A DNA stretch of 64,000 nucleotides from Bdellovibrionales bacterium (GTDB lineage Bacteria > Bdellovibrionota > Bdellovibrionia > Bdellovibrionales > UBA1609): NCBI GenBank assembly GCA_965203095.1, contig OZ241877.1, positions 224,001-288,000 of the forward strand. The letters run 5' to 3'. Of this stretch, positions 9,858 through 20,061 are shown piece by piece (the first letter of the stretch is position 1; each line of letters starts with the position of its first letter). A model generated the notes under the pieces. That model saw only the letters and a list, made by a program, of their open reading frames with translations, made no database searches and was not told where the DNA came from. A program made the translations under genes and the position numbers.

Positions 9858-10737
9858 CCTTTTTTCGGCATTTATGGCCTAAGCGAAAGTGGTAAGCACA
9901 GTTCTTAGAGCAAGTCTTACGGTAAAAAAACCGATCGGAACAAGGGCAAACCACAGCCGGCCCGCCACAATAGCCACAGGATATTTTTATCCGCCCCGGC
10001 CCACCACAATGAGGGCAAAGGGAATAATTTTTCTCCTCCTGCAAATCCTGATTGAGGGCCACTCTGTGGTCAAAAACAAAACATTCCCCCTTAAACTGCG
10101 AGCGGGGCTTTTCCCTTAGATAATTCAATATTCCACCTTGAAGTTGATAAACTGACTTAAAGCCCTTCTGTTGCATAAAACCAATGGCCTTTTCGCAACG
10201 AATACCTCCAGTGCAGTAGATTAAGGTCTCTTTGTTTTTATCCCAATGGCTCAAGCGGTCCAGCTTTTGGGGAAATTCCTGAAAGGAGTTGAGCTGAAGA
10301 TCCTCCGCCCTTTGAAACTTCCCTATCTCCACCTCATAAACATTTCTCACATCTAAAACATAAGGCTGTGCTTTTAGCTTTTCTTCCCAATTTTTTGGAG
10401 AGAGATGACTAATTGAACCCTTAAAGGGAACTGTATCAGCCTCCCCCCATTTGACAATCTCTTTTTTGACTTTGACAGAGAGTCTTTTAAAATTCCATCT
10501 CTCACAATAAGAATCCTTCCAAAAAAAAGGAACTTCAAATAGTTGAACAATATGCTTTTTTAAAACTTCCAAAGGCTCTTCTGGCCCGCACAATGTGGCA
10601 TTCAGCCCCTCCTCTGCAATAAGAACCAAGCCTCTGATATTCAAGCTGGAGGCTTTTTCCACAAGCTCTTTTTGAAGAGCTTTTAGACAGCTCTTTTTTA
10701 TTGGAAAAAACTTGTAAAAAGATGTGACTTTAATCAT
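9835..10737 (-). CDS. trhO: Rhodanese-domain tRNA hydroxylase (TrhO/YceA)
   Basis: EGLNAT, LDVRN..E..IGKF, YCTGGIRCEKA, GECFVFDHR. Confidence 0.9.
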   Translation of the reverse strand: MIKVTSFYKFFPIKKSCLKALQKELVEKASSLNIRGLVLIAEEGLNATLCGPEEPLEVLKKHIVQLFEVPFFWKDSYCERWNFKRLSVKVKKEIVKWGEADTVPFKGSISHLSPKNWEEKLKAQPYVLDVRNVYEVEIGKFQRAEDLQLNSFQEFPQKLDRLSHWDKNKETLIYCTGGIRCEKAIGFMQQKGFKSVYQLQGGILNYLREKPRSQFKGECFVFDHRVALNQDLQEEKNYSLCPHCGGPGRIKISCGYCGGPAVVCPCSDRFFYRKTCSKNCAYHFRLGHKCRKKANRNLEI

Positions 10738-10808
10738 AATGCCTTTGCAAAAAAGCCTCTTTTTTTATATCTCTTTAAAAGCTATAGCTGTCAAGAGGGA
10801 AATCCTAA

Positions 10809-11696
10809 ATGAAAGTTTTAGAAATTAAAAACCTAAGCAAAAACTATGGCACTTTAAAAGCTGTTCAGCAGTTGTCTTTTGAAATAAAAAAGGGGGAAAT
10901 TTTTGGTTTGTTGGGGCCTAATGGAGCGGGCAAAACCACTTTGATCTCCTGTGTGATGACTTTGGAAAAGCCCAATTCTGGACAAATCAAAGTTTGTGGA
11001 CAGGATGTAGCTAAAAAACCTTCCCTTGCAAAATCTCTTACAGGCTTTGTGCCACAGGAAATTATTATCCATGGCTATTTCACTGTTAAAGAAGTGATTC
11101 AGTTTTACTCTGGTTTTTGCGGTGTTTGGCCGGATAATGAGAGAATCACTCAGCTCCTCAAAAGGATGGGCCTTTATGAACAGAGGAATCACAAGGTGAG
11201 AACTCTCAGTGGTGGGATGAAAAGGCGTCTTTTAATTGTGAAAGCCCTGGTGCACTCCCCTCGCCTCCTCTTATTAGATGAACCTACAGCAGGGGTGGAT
11301 CTGCATTTGCGAAACAGTTTATGGAGTTTTATAAAAGAGATCAAAAAGGAGACTTCCATTTTGTTCACCACCCATTACTTAGAAGAGGCAGAAAAGCTTT
11401 GCGATCGTGTGGCCTTCATACATAAGGGGCGGATCCGGCAAATAGGGCCTACAAAAGAGTTGATCTCCCAGCTTGCTCCTCGGAAAGCTTTAATAAAACT
11501 GGCCCGACCAGTGCCTTTTAAAAGCCCGTATCACACGGGACAAAGCAATGGTTATGAGGTTTTTATGATCCCCAGTGCCTTCAGTATGGGTCGGCTTTTA
11601 CAAGAGTTGAAATTGAATATGAGCCAAATAGCTGATTTAAAAATTAGAGAAGGTTCTTTAGAAGATATTTTTAATCAAATAATAAAGGAGCCATAG
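10809..11696 (+). CDS. ABC transporter ATP-binding protein (YadG-like)
   Basis: GPNGAGKTT, LSGGMKRR, LLDEPTAGVD. Confidence 0.93.
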   Translation: MKVLEIKNLSKNYGTLKAVQQLSFEIKKGEIFGLLGPNGAGKTTLISCVMTLEKPNSGQIKVCGQDVAKKPSLAKSLTGFVPQEIIIHGYFTVKEVIQFYSGFCGVWPDNERITQLLKRMGLYEQRNHKVRTLSGGMKRRLLIVKALVHSPRLLLLDEPTAGVDLHLRNSLWSFIKEIKKETSILFTTHYLEEAEKLCDRVAFIHKGRIRQIGPTKELISQLAPRKALIKLARPVPFKSPYHTGQSNGYEVFMIPSAFSMGRLLQELKLNMSQIADLKIREGSLEDIFNQIIKEP

Positions 11697-12490
11697 TGAA
11701 AAAAGATTTGTTATGGACCCCTTTTATCTTTTTTTTCTATAGAGATGTCCGACGTTTTTTAAAAGTCAAAGTGCAAACCCTATTGGCCCCTTTGGCCAGC
11801 CAGGCCCTTTATCTTATTATTTTTGGCCTAAGCTTAGGCAAAGTGGTCAGGATAAGTGAGCAATTCTCTTACCTACAATTTATTATACCGGGGCTGGCCG
11901 CACTTTCACTTATCAACCAGTCTTTTCAAAATGGTTCCAGTTGCATTTTCTCCATGAAAATCACAGGGGAAATTATAGACATAAAAAGCACGGCCTTAAA
12001 CATTCAGCAGATCATTTTTGCCACAGCTCTTGCCGGCCTTATGAGGGGCCTAATTGTCAGCCTTTTGACTTTGGCCTTAGGTGAGGTTTTTCATTTTTTC
12101 TTTATAGGGCATTTTTTACCTCTGCACAGCTTTTTTTGGCTATTTGTTTTTTTGATCTTTGGAGGAATGGTTTTTGCCATGTTGGGTTTTTCCGTTGGGA
12201 TATGGTCTAAAACTTTTGATCATATCGGAGCAATGGGAAGTTTTGTGATTTTGCCTCTAACTTATCTGGGTGGGGTTTTTCTCAATTTGGACATTCTGTC
12301 CCCTTTTTGGCAAAAACTGTCCTTGTTCAACCCTTTTCTTTATTTTGTAAATGGGGTGCGATATAGTTTTTTGGGTGTTTCAGATATTCCTGTCCTGCAT
12401 TCCTTTGCCTTTGTTTTTTTGAGTCTTTTTGGAGTTTATGGCCTGGCCTGCCTGAGTGCAATTAAAGGGACTTTCCAAAGGGCCTCTTAA
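11696..12490 (+). CDS. ABC-2 permease (YadH-like)
   Basis: YLQFIIPGL, PLTYLGGVF, NPFLYFVNGVRY. Confidence 0.9.
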   Translation: MKKDLLWTPFIFFFYRDVRRFLKVKVQTLLAPLASQALYLIIFGLSLGKVVRISEQFSYLQFIIPGLAALSLINQSFQNGSSCIFSMKITGEIIDIKSTALNIQQIIFATALAGLMRGLIVSLLTLALGEVFHFFFIGHFLPLHSFFWLFVFLIFGGMVFAMLGFSVGIWSKTFDHIGAMGSFVILPLTYLGGVFLNLDILSPFWQKLSLFNPFLYFVNGVRYSFLGVSDIPVLHSFAFVFLSLFGVYGLACLSAIKGTFQRAS

Positions 12491-12518
12491 GTTTTTGAAA
12501 ATATTGAGCCGGCTCTTT

Positions 12519-13007
12519 TTAAATGAAGGGCAAAAACAGCTCAGGATTCCACAAGGCATGGCATATAGCGGAACCAGCCTGAACTATGAGAGGGAACTCT
12601 AAAAAAACCATGCCTCCCCTTTTTAAAGAGATAAAATCCCCTTCCGTTCCTACCTTCAAGGAGCGACTTATAAACTGAGTTAAAAAAGGCTGATGCCCAA
12701 TAATGACTGAGGAACTGCCCCTTTCAGCCTTTAACTTTAAAAAAAGAGCTGAAGGTTCTGCTAAGGGGCTGAGGCCAGTATGGGTTCCCCGTTTTTTGAC
12801 CGAAAAATATTGGCAAAAAATATCTGCTGTTTGACAGGCCCTGAGCAAAGGGCTGTTCAGCAAAAGATCAAAGCTCAAGCCTTGGGCCATGAATTGGCAA
12901 GTCCGATTAAATTCTTCCCGACCCTTAGAGCTGAGGGGCCGATCCTCATCCCTTCCTGAGGGGCTTTCATTTTCCGGTATAGCGTGGCGAATAACCAATA
13001 ACTTCAT
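12519..13007 (-). CDS. sixA: Phosphohistidine phosphatase SixA
   Basis: IRHA, RPLS..G, SPLLRACQTA, IGHQP. Confidence 0.88.
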   Translation of the reverse strand: MKLLVIRHAIPENESPSGRDEDRPLSSKGREEFNRTCQFMAQGLSFDLLLNSPLLRACQTADIFCQYFSVKKRGTHTGLSPLAEPSALFLKLKAERGSSSVIIGHQPFLTQFISRSLKVGTEGDFISLKRGGMVFLEFPLIVQAGSAICHALWNPELFLPFI

Positions 13008-13021
13008 TTTAAAATGCTCTG

Positions 13022-13606
13022 TTGAAATATTTTCAGTTTTATTGTAAAATCCATTTCGTGTTCAAAAAGTTTCTTTTCTCTAAAGTCATCGATCTGTCTG
13101 CGAAATGGGGTGTAAAATCCATTATTCGACAAGTTATCACAAAAAAAGTGGAAAGGCAAATAGAGATTTTTTTTCACTCTTTAAAAAAGCGAGTTTATTT
13201 TTATTTTATCCTGTCAGCAGTTAATGCCTTAATTATTTATAGCTTTTGGAAATTTCATTTCAATCAATATGCCCGAATCGGGCTATTGCTTTTATCTTCT
13301 ATAGCTCTTTTGATTTTTATATATGACTTTTGGACAACATGGCGACAAGGGATCCTCTTTTTAAAAACGATCAAAACTAATGAAGATGTAAAAAAACATA
13401 TCTCTAAAAACAAAAAATTAGGCTTCTTAACTTTAAATACTATAGAAAAACTTATGGGGGCAAAAATGAGCCGTATCATTATGGACCAAGTCTGGATCTC
13501 TGTTAAAAAACGAAAAAAAGTAGTCCTGGTTTTTACTGTTTTTTATCTCTCCAGCTCCCTACTTGTAGGATTCACTATCCGGGAAATTTTTAATATTCTC
13601 TTTTGA
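13022..13606 (+). CDS. Hypothetical membrane protein
   Basis: 194-aa ORF with about three hydrophobic segments; start uncertain. Confidence 0.55.
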   Translation: MKYFQFYCKIHFVFKKFLFSKVIDLSAKWGVKSIIRQVITKKVERQIEIFFHSLKKRVYFYFILSAVNALIIYSFWKFHFNQYARIGLLLLSSIALLIFIYDFWTTWRQGILFLKTIKTNEDVKKHISKNKKLGFLTLNTIEKLMGAKMSRIIMDQVWISVKKRKKVVLVFTVFYLSSSLLVGFTIREIFNILF

Positions 13607-13640
13607 CACGGGCTTTTTCACGGATGAGCATTTAATGGAT

Positions 13641-13716
13641 TGGCAGGGCAGACAGGATTCGAACCTGCAACCGGTAGATTTGGAGTCTACTGCTCTACCG
13701 TTAGAGCTACTGCCCT
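13641..13716 (-). tRNA. tRNA-Trp(CCA)
   Basis: AGGGCAG...CTCCAAA...GTTCGAATC...CTGCCCTGCCA. Confidence 0.96.
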
Positions 13717-13732
13717 TTAAAATCGAGACAAT

Positions 13733-13760
13733 AAAAAAGAGAGGAAAGCCTCTCTTTTTT
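13733..13760. terminator. Intrinsic terminator after tuf
   Basis: AAAAAAGAGAGG-AAAG-CCTCTCTTTTTT hairpin with A/T tracts. Confidence 0.75.
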
Positions 13761-13812
13761 ATTTATAAACTAAAGCTTTTGTTTAAACACAATTAACAAA
13801 AGAAAAATAATA

Positions 13813-14997
13813 TTACTCCACAATTTCAGACACAACTCCTGCACCCACAGTTTTCCCCCCTTCACGAACGGCAAAACGAACGCCCTTTTCCATAGCGATA
13901 GGAGAGATCAGCTCCACTTCAAGATGAACATTATCCCCTGGCATGACCATCTCTGTCCCCTTAGGAAGTTGAACAGAACCCGTCACATCAGTTGTTCTAA
14001 AATAGAACTGCGGCCGGTAGCCTTTAAAAAAAGGAGTGTGTCGCCCTCCTTCCTCTTTTTTCAAAATATAGCACTCGCACTTAAATTTTTTATGAGGCGT
14101 GATGGTCCCAGGAACCACAAGCACTTGGCCTCTTTCAATATCCGTCTTTTCAACACCTCGAAGAAGCAGGCCAGCGTTATCCCCTGCACGACCTTCATCT
14201 AACTGCTTTCGAAACATTTCAATCCCTGTCACCACTGTTTTTTTGGTTTCACGAAGGCCAACAATTTCCACTTCCTGACCGGTTTTTATAATGCCTCTTT
14301 CCACCCGACCAGTGGCGACTGTCCCCCGCCCGGAAATAGAGAAAACATCTTCAACAGGCATTAAAAAAGGCTTTTCCACATCCCTTTTAGGGCAAGGGAT
14401 ATATTCATCCACTTTAGCCATTAGATCCAAAAGAGCTTTTTCGTTTTCACTATCCCCCTCTAAGGCCTTAAGTGCAGAACCTTTGATAATGGGAATATCG
14501 TTTCCGGGAAATTTGTATTCTGTAAGCAGTTCCCGAATCTCCAACTCCACAGTGTCTAACAGCTCTTGATCATCTAACTGATCGCATTTATTTAAAAAAA
14601 CCACAATGGCGGGCACTCCCACTTGACGGGCCAGCAAAATGTGCTCACGGGTTTGGGGCATAGGGCCGTCTGCCGCGGAAACTACCAAAATAGCCCCGTC
14701 CATCTGAGCGGCCCCTGTGATCATATTTTTCACATAATCCGCATGGCCTGGGCAATCGACATGGGCGTAATGCCGTTTTTCAGTCTCATACTCAACATGG
14801 GCTGTAGATATGGTGATCCCTCTGGCCTTTTCCTCCGGTGCCTTATCAATCTGATCATACTTCATGGCCTCTGCCTGGCCTGACTTAGCTAAAACTGCTG
14901 TAATAGCCGCTGTAAGAGTGGTTTTTCCATGGTCCACATGGCCTATTGTCCCAATATTGACATGTTCTTTTGTTCTTTTAAAAGTTTCTTTAGACAT
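13813..14997 (-). CDS. tuf: Elongation factor Tu
   Basis: [24 protein letters not shown], full length. Confidence 0.99.
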   Translation of the reverse strand: MSKETFKRTKEHVNIGTIGHVDHGKTTLTAAITAVLAKSGQAEAMKYDQIDKAPEEKARGITISTAHVEYETEKRHYAHVDCPGHADYVKNMITGAAQMDGAILVVSAADGPMPQTREHILLARQVGVPAIVVFLNKCDQLDDQELLDTVELEIRELLTEYKFPGNDIPIIKGSALKALEGDSENEKALLDLMAKVDEYIPCPKRDVEKPFLMPVEDVFSISGRGTVATGRVERGIIKTGQEVEIVGLRETKKTVVTGIEMFRKQLDEGRAGDNAGLLLRGVEKTDIERGQVLVVPGTITPHKKFKCECYILKKEEGGRHTPFFKGYRPQFYFRTTDVTGSVQLPKGTEMVMPGDNVHLEVELISPIAMEKGVRFAVREGGKTVGAGVVSEIVE

Positions 14998-15193
14998 AGT
15001 CCCTCCTCAATTTAAAACACAAGGTATAAGAGCATTTTAAACTTAAGTCAAACAACAAAATCAAGAAAAAAATGCAAAAAGATATGAAAATCGAGAAAAA
15101 AGCTTGTTTTTCCCCTACTCAGTTCAAAAAACTCCCTTTTTCGTCAGAGAGAAGAGGGATCCTCCCTTGTAGTATTTTTTAACAAGATTTGAA

Positions 15194-15268
15194 TGGTGCC
15201 CACGGTGAGATTTGAACTCACGGCCTCAGCCTTACCAAGGCTGTGCTCTGCCCCTGAGCTACATGGGC
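15194..15268 (-). tRNA. tRNA-Thr(GGT)
   Basis: GCCCATG...TTGGTAA...GTTCAAATC...CGTGGGCACCA. Confidence 0.95.
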
Positions 15269-15392
15269 ATTTTAAAAAAAACCTCGGCCTTTTTATACTG
15301 ATTTTGTTTGAAAATTCCAAGCTTTTTCAAAGAGAACTATTTAATTAATGCTCCTTGATCGGATGGATTTTTTAAGCTATAACTTTTCCATA

Positions 15393-16427
15393 ATGAATAA
15401 ACTCAAAAACAAAGATCAAAGCAAAAATACAGAACCAGCTGAAAAAACCATAGCTCCTATCAAAAACAAAGAACCGGCGGAAAAACCTCAAACCTCACAA
15501 GAAGAAATACAAACAAATTCAAAAAAAATTGCCCCCTGTCAACAATCAGAATATACCCGAATTGTCAGTGAAGAGGACACTTTAATCGCTGAGATCCAAT
15601 CAAAAAAAGAATCTCCAGCCCATCTTCTCCTTTTAAATGGGCCTAAAAATCTGATTGGTCATACATGGCCTTTAACAAAAATGGTCACCAGTTTGGGTCG
15701 CTCCAGCAGGCTGAATGACATCACTGTAGATCATAACAGCCTTAGCAAAACACATTTTCAAATCATCAATGAAAATGACTCTTTTTACATTGTGGATTTA
15801 AAATCAACCAATAAAACCTACCTCAATGATGATGAGCTGGACCCTTACCAAAAAATTCCTTTGGAAAATAATTCCTATATTCAAGCCAGCCATCTGATCT
15901 TTAAGTTTTTAGATAAGGGAAATATTGAATCCCATTCCTCTAAACAACTTTTAAAAAAGGCTCAAACAGATCCTTTGACTCTTGCCGGAAATCGGCTCCT
16001 GCTAAAAGCTAAAGGCCCGGAGTATTTCTTTTCCAATCAAAATCTATCTCTGATCACTTTTGATGTGGATGATTTTAAACAGATCAACGATCGCTTAGGC
16101 CATATTGCTGGGGATTATGCTTTAAAAGAACTTTCAAAATGTGTTTTAGAGATTGTTCGTGAAAAAGATCTCTTTATCCGTTATGGAGGAGATGAGTTTG
16201 TAATATTCACAGCCAATCCTCTGCCCATAGCACAAAATATAGCGGATCGAATAAAGGAAAAGCTAAAAGCCCGTCAGTTTGAATGTGAAGGGAAAAAGTT
16301 TTCCATATCTATTTCTATAGGCTTAGCTGAAAAGCTCCCCTCAGACACAAAATGGGAAAACATTTACCATCGAGCCGACCAGCTGTCCTATCAAGATAAA
16401 CAGAAGAAAAAGACCAATATGAAATAA
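15393..16427 (+). CDS. dgcB: FHA-GGDEF diguanylate cyclase (DgcB-like)
   Basis: N-tail EYTRIV, FHA (LGRS..LSKTH..STNKT), RxxD I-site REKD, RYGGDEF; start set at ATG 15393. Confidence 0.8.
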   Translation: MNKLKNKDQSKNTEPAEKTIAPIKNKEPAEKPQTSQEEIQTNSKKIAPCQQSEYTRIVSEEDTLIAEIQSKKESPAHLLLLNGPKNLIGHTWPLTKMVTSLGRSSRLNDITVDHNSLSKTHFQIINENDSFYIVDLKSTNKTYLNDDELDPYQKIPLENNSYIQASHLIFKFLDKGNIESHSSKQLLKKAQTDPLTLAGNRLLLKAKGPEYFFSNQNLSLITFDVDDFKQINDRLGHIAGDYALKELSKCVLEIVREKDLFIRYGGDEFVIFTANPLPIAQNIADRIKEKLKARQFECEGKKFSISISIGLAEKLPSDTKWENIYHRADQLSYQDKQKKKTNMK

Positions 16428-16445
16428 ACTTTTTGCCAAGCACAA

Positions 16446-16472
16446 AAAAAGGGGATTTTATAAAAATCCCCT
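16446..16472. terminator. Hairpin terminator between convergent genes
   Basis: AAGGGGATTTT...AAAATCCCCTT. Confidence 0.65.
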
Positions 16473-16504
16473 TATAGATTTTTTGTCATATTAAAAGGGA
16501 AGGC

Positions 16505-17518
16505 TTATTGGTTGTTGTCGTCTTCCTCAACAACACTATTGATCTCCACTTCCACTTCTACTGTTACAGGAGCATTTTCTGGAATGACTGTGATACTCAC
16601 CTCTTCAGCAGTTCCCTCATTAGCAGAATCTCCCGCAGGTGGAACCTCCTCTTCAGCAGTTCCCTCATTAGCAGAATCTCCCGCAGGTGGAACCTCCTCT
16701 TCAGCAGTTCCCTCATCAGCAGAACCTTCCGCAGGTGGAACCTCCTCTTCAGCAGTTCCCTCATTAGCAGAATCTTCCGCAGGTGGAACGGCATCTTCAG
16801 CAGTTCCCTCATCAGCAGAACCTTCCGCAGGTGGAACCTCCTCAACAGTTCCCTCTTCAGCAGAACCTTCCGCAGGTGGAACCTCCTCTTCAGCAGTTCC
16901 CTCATTAGCAGAATCTCCCACAGGTGGAACCTCCTCTTCAGCAGTTCCTTCATCAGCAGAATCTCCCACAGGTGGAACCTCCTCTTCAGCAGTTCCTTCA
17001 TCAGCAGAATCTCCGGCAGGCTGAGCTGAGCCTTCAGAACCTTCCACAGTAGGCTCTCCCTCTTCAGCAGAATCCTCTACTTCCTGTTGAGATGATGTTT
17101 CACTTAAAACTTTTTGAACAGCCTCTATTTCCGCCTTAACTTGAGCCAACCTTTCATAAACTTCCTCTGGCCAATCCACATTGGAAAGGATCTCATCTAA
17201 GGCTACTACTTGGGCTTTTAAGCTCTCAAGAGCTTGAATATGCCCTGTCTGTTTTTGTGTAATGTCACTATGTATGGCATTGATGAAATGAAGCACTTTA
17301 GCCATCTCATCATAAATGGCCTCTTGATCCTCCACTAAAGCCATAGCTATTTTATACTCTTCAACAGCTTTATAAAGGTGAAGTGCAAGTGCCATTTCAT
17401 ATTTAGCCGCCTTTCCATCCGTGCGGTTTTTACGAGCTTTCCGATCTTGATCTTTATCATTCGAACAAGAAAAAAAACTCAGAGTGAGTAGAACAATAAA
17501 AATATTTTTCAGTTTCAT
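16505..17518 (-). CDS. Lipoprotein with acidic 16-aa tandem repeats
   Basis: GGAGG SD, lipobox-like FFSC, coiled coil, (EEEVPPAGDSANEGTA)n. Confidence 0.85.
   Translation of the reverse strand: MKLKNIFIVLLTLSFFSCSNDKDQDRKARKNRTDGKAAKYEMALALHLYKAVEEYKIAMALVEDQEAIYDEMAKVLHFINAIHSDITQKQTGHIQALESLKAQVVALDEILSNVDWPEEVYERLAQVKAEIEAVQKVLSETSSQQEVEDSAEEGEPTVEGSEGSAQPAGDSADEGTAEEEVPPVGDSADEGTAEEEVPPVGDSANEGTAEEEVPPAEGSAEEGTVEEVPPAEGSADEGTAEDAVPPAEDSANEGTAEEEVPPAEGSADEGTAEEEVPPAGDSANEGTAEEEVPPAGDSANEGTAEEVSITVIPENAPVTVEVEVEINSVVEEDDNNQ
16600..17020 (-). repeat. 48-bp tandem repeat, about 8.5 units (one 45-bp unit)
   Basis: GCAGTTCCCTCATTAGCAGAATCTCCCGCAGGTGGAACCTCCTCTTCA and variants. Confidence 0.95.
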
Positions 17519-17667
17519 TTTAGACCTCCTTAATAAAATGGCTGAACCTCAAAAAGTTTTGTAGAAAAAAAAGAAAATGACAAGAATTCTTTTTGCAATT
17601 TTAGTTAATACTGCCTTTTGGCCGGGGTTTTGTAAGATAAAACACACAAAAAACAGACAATTTAATG

Positions 17668-17700
17668 TAATCGCCCGTGAAAAAGGCCCCTTAAATACCC
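17668..17700. repeat. MITE-like family A end
   Basis: TAATCGCCCGTGAAAAAGGCCCCTTAAATACCC. Confidence 0.7.
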
Positions 17701-17706
17701 ATAAGC

Positions 17707-18153
17707 TTAAGGTAAATAAAATAAAGGGTTAACCGCCTTTCTCTTATATATCAGCTCAAAGTGTAGGTGTGGCCCAGTGGCCCGTCCCGTCCATCCTAAA
17801 GTCCCAATCATTTCCCCCTGAAACACTTTTTGGCCAATGCTCACTTGAATACTTTGCAGATGAGCATAAAGACTGGCCCAATGGCGGGAATGCTCTATCA
17901 AAACCACATTGCCATAGCCCGCAAGCTTTTTTCCCGCATAAACCACCCGCCCAGGACGACTGCTCAAAACCGGCGATCCCAAGCTGGCTCTCAGATCAAT
18001 ACCTAAATGAGGTCTTTTTTTAAAAGGACGAAATTTTTGCGTCAACTGATATTCCCTTAAAGGCCATTCAAATTGGGGCTGAGGGTTTTTCTTTAAAAAA
18101 ACACAAGAGAAAAGCGAAACAAAAAAACAATATAAAACAAGGGATCTCATCAA
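17707..18153 (-). CDS. M23-family metallopeptidase (lipoprotein)
   Basis: HLGID, YAHL, GRATGPHLHFE. Confidence 0.92.
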   Translation of the reverse strand: MMRSLVLYCFFVSLFSCVFLKKNPQPQFEWPLREYQLTQKFRPFKKRPHLGIDLRASLGSPVLSSRPGRVVYAGKKLAGYGNVVLIEHSRHWASLYAHLQSIQVSIGQKVFQGEMIGTLGWTGRATGPHLHFELIYKRKAVNPLFYLP

Positions 18154-18159
18154 TCTCCT

Positions 18160-20058
18160 TTATATAATTTTTTTAGCCACCACCCGCCGATGGGGGAGGA
18201 GGTAAGATTCCTTTAGCGTCTCTTTTGAAATTAAAAAAACATTCTCAGTCGCTTTAGGATGAATCTGCAAACGAAAACGGCGGGAGCGAAGGCCAGCCAA
18301 ATACCAACGGCTGTCTGCCGCATAAATTATATCCGCAGGTTGAGCCTTCATGACTTCAGCATTTTTTTTAGAAAGCCCCGCCTCCCCCTTCTTCAAGCTA
18401 TTATCTACCTGCAACTTTAAAACACTTGTTTTTTTGCCTTTTTGAAAGTTGGCCTCTCCTCCCTTAAATCGCTTTATGGCTTGATCAATACTGCTGAGGG
18501 TATAGCCTTGGATCTTTTCCTTATCCGCCGGTTTTGTGAAAAGACAAACCAAAACTCCTACACTTCCTGAAACCAGCATACCAAACAGAGCACGAAATAA
18601 AAAAGGATCGCCAGAGGGAGAGCCGTAAAAAAAGCTCCTTAAAGGATAAATCCACTCAGGAAATTTGAGAGTCATAAAAGTTAAAAAAACCCCTGAGAGC
18701 AAAGCCAAAGAGGCAGAAATGGAGTTGAATCGCTTCCATAACATTCCCAAAAGTAAGGTCGTCACAATAGAGGGAATAATCACCATAATCCCCTTGTAAT
18801 GAATAGACATCAGAGTCCCTTTTTGAAAGAAAAACCAAGAAGAAAGCAATAAGCCTAAAGCAGTGATAGCCACAGAGCTGGCCTTTGCCGCTCTCAAATA
18901 ATGCCTGTCGGAAGATTGCTGGCGAATCAGAGGTTTATAAATGTCATAAATAAAAATAGCTGAGGCGGAGTTGATCAGAGTGTCTATGGTGGACATAAGG
19001 GCCGCTAAAAGAGCTGACAAGATGAGACCTAAAATCACTGGTTGACTTTGAGCCACATAAGCCACGACAGAGACAAAAGTGTGGTAGCTGTCTTCAATGT
19101 TTAAAGGGCCGGAAGGGCTCAAAGCTTGTGAAAGAGATTCCTGCTTAATCAAAATGGATTTGCCTATCCAACCAACAGAACCCACCACCAAAGCAGAAAG
19201 AGGCAAGGTGACGAGGACATTGGCCATTCCCGCTAAGCGGGCTTCATTCACACTCCTTATACTCAAAAATCTCATTAAAAAACCTTGATTGAGAAATAAA
19301 AAGGCAATACTCCCCGCCAGAGCATCCCCCCAAAACATACCTACAGAATTAAAATAAGGATTGTCCCTTAAAGGGGCATAAGGCAACCGATGCTCGACAG
19401 GCAGGTAAGAGAAAAACTCCCCAAAGCCCCCCAAAACATAAAGCCCATAGCCAAAAATCAAAAAACCGGCCAGGTAAAGGATAATGCCTTGGATCAGATC
19501 AGTAAAAATCACAGCTGTTTGCCCGCCCAAGCTCACATAAATCCCCAAGATGAGTGTAATGAGAGGCAAGGTCCACACTGGAGAAAAGCCAAAAATGCCG
19601 TCAAAAGCCAAACCTATAGTAAATAAGTTGTAGCCAATGTAATAAAAAATATAAGCCAGCAATATGCCCACTGTGATATAGCGAGTCACAGAGTTAAAAC
19701 GTTTTTCAAAATACTGAGGGACGGATTTTGTCCCCGTCCAATACATCAAGGGGAGCCAACCAAAAAAGAACAAAGGGAGAATAAACCACTCATTCATATA
19801 GCCCATGGCACTGTTCATGCCGGTATTCAGGCCCTGCTCTGAGTATTTCAAATAACTATAAGAACCAATGCCTGTAGCCATCATGCTCACAAAAGGAAGC
19901 CACCAAGCAAATCTTTGCCCACTAAAAAAGAAATCCTGAATGTTGGAACTGAATTTAGAAAAGTAAGTCCCAAAAAATGTCACCATCGCAAAGTAAGCAC
20001 ATATAATCCCTATAATAATGGCTAAAGTGATTCCGGAAAGATCTAAACCCAAACTCAT
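18160..20058 (-). CDS. Sodium:solute symporter family protein
   Basis: FFFSGQ, YFEKRF, GGQTAVIFTD, AALMST; multi-TM with soluble C-tail. Confidence 0.92.
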   Translation of the reverse strand: MSLGLDLSGITLAIIIGIICAYFAMVTFFGTYFSKFSSNIQDFFFSGQRFAWWLPFVSMMATGIGSYSYLKYSEQGLNTGMNSAMGYMNEWFILPLFFFGWLPLMYWTGTKSVPQYFEKRFNSVTRYITVGILLAYIFYYIGYNLFTIGLAFDGIFGFSPVWTLPLITLILGIYVSLGGQTAVIFTDLIQGIILYLAGFLIFGYGLYVLGGFGEFFSYLPVEHRLPYAPLRDNPYFNSVGMFWGDALAGSIAFLFLNQGFLMRFLSIRSVNEARLAGMANVLVTLPLSALVVGSVGWIGKSILIKQESLSQALSPSGPLNIEDSYHTFVSVVAYVAQSQPVILGLILSALLAALMSTIDTLINSASAIFIYDIYKPLIRQQSSDRHYLRAAKASSVAITALGLLLSSWFFFQKGTLMSIHYKGIMVIIPSIVTTLLLGMLWKRFNSISASLALLSGVFLTFMTLKFPEWIYPLRSFFYGSPSGDPFLFRALFGMLVSGSVGVLVCLFTKPADKEKIQGYTLSSIDQAIKRFKGGEANFQKGKKTSVLKLQVDNSLKKGEAGLSKKNAEVMKAQPADIIYAADSRWYLAGLRSRRFRLQIHPKATENVFLISKETLKESYLLPHRRVVAKKII

Positions 20059-20061
20059 ACT

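Noticed and set aside
13924..14883. Plus-strand ORFs inside tuf
   Set aside because: Antisense shadows of a conserved gene
16508..17029. Three extra long ORFs over the 48-bp repeat; possible CRISPR array
   Set aside because: Repeats are contiguous with no unique spacers and period divisible by 3, so stop-free shadow frames are expected; only 17518-16505 has SD and signal peptide
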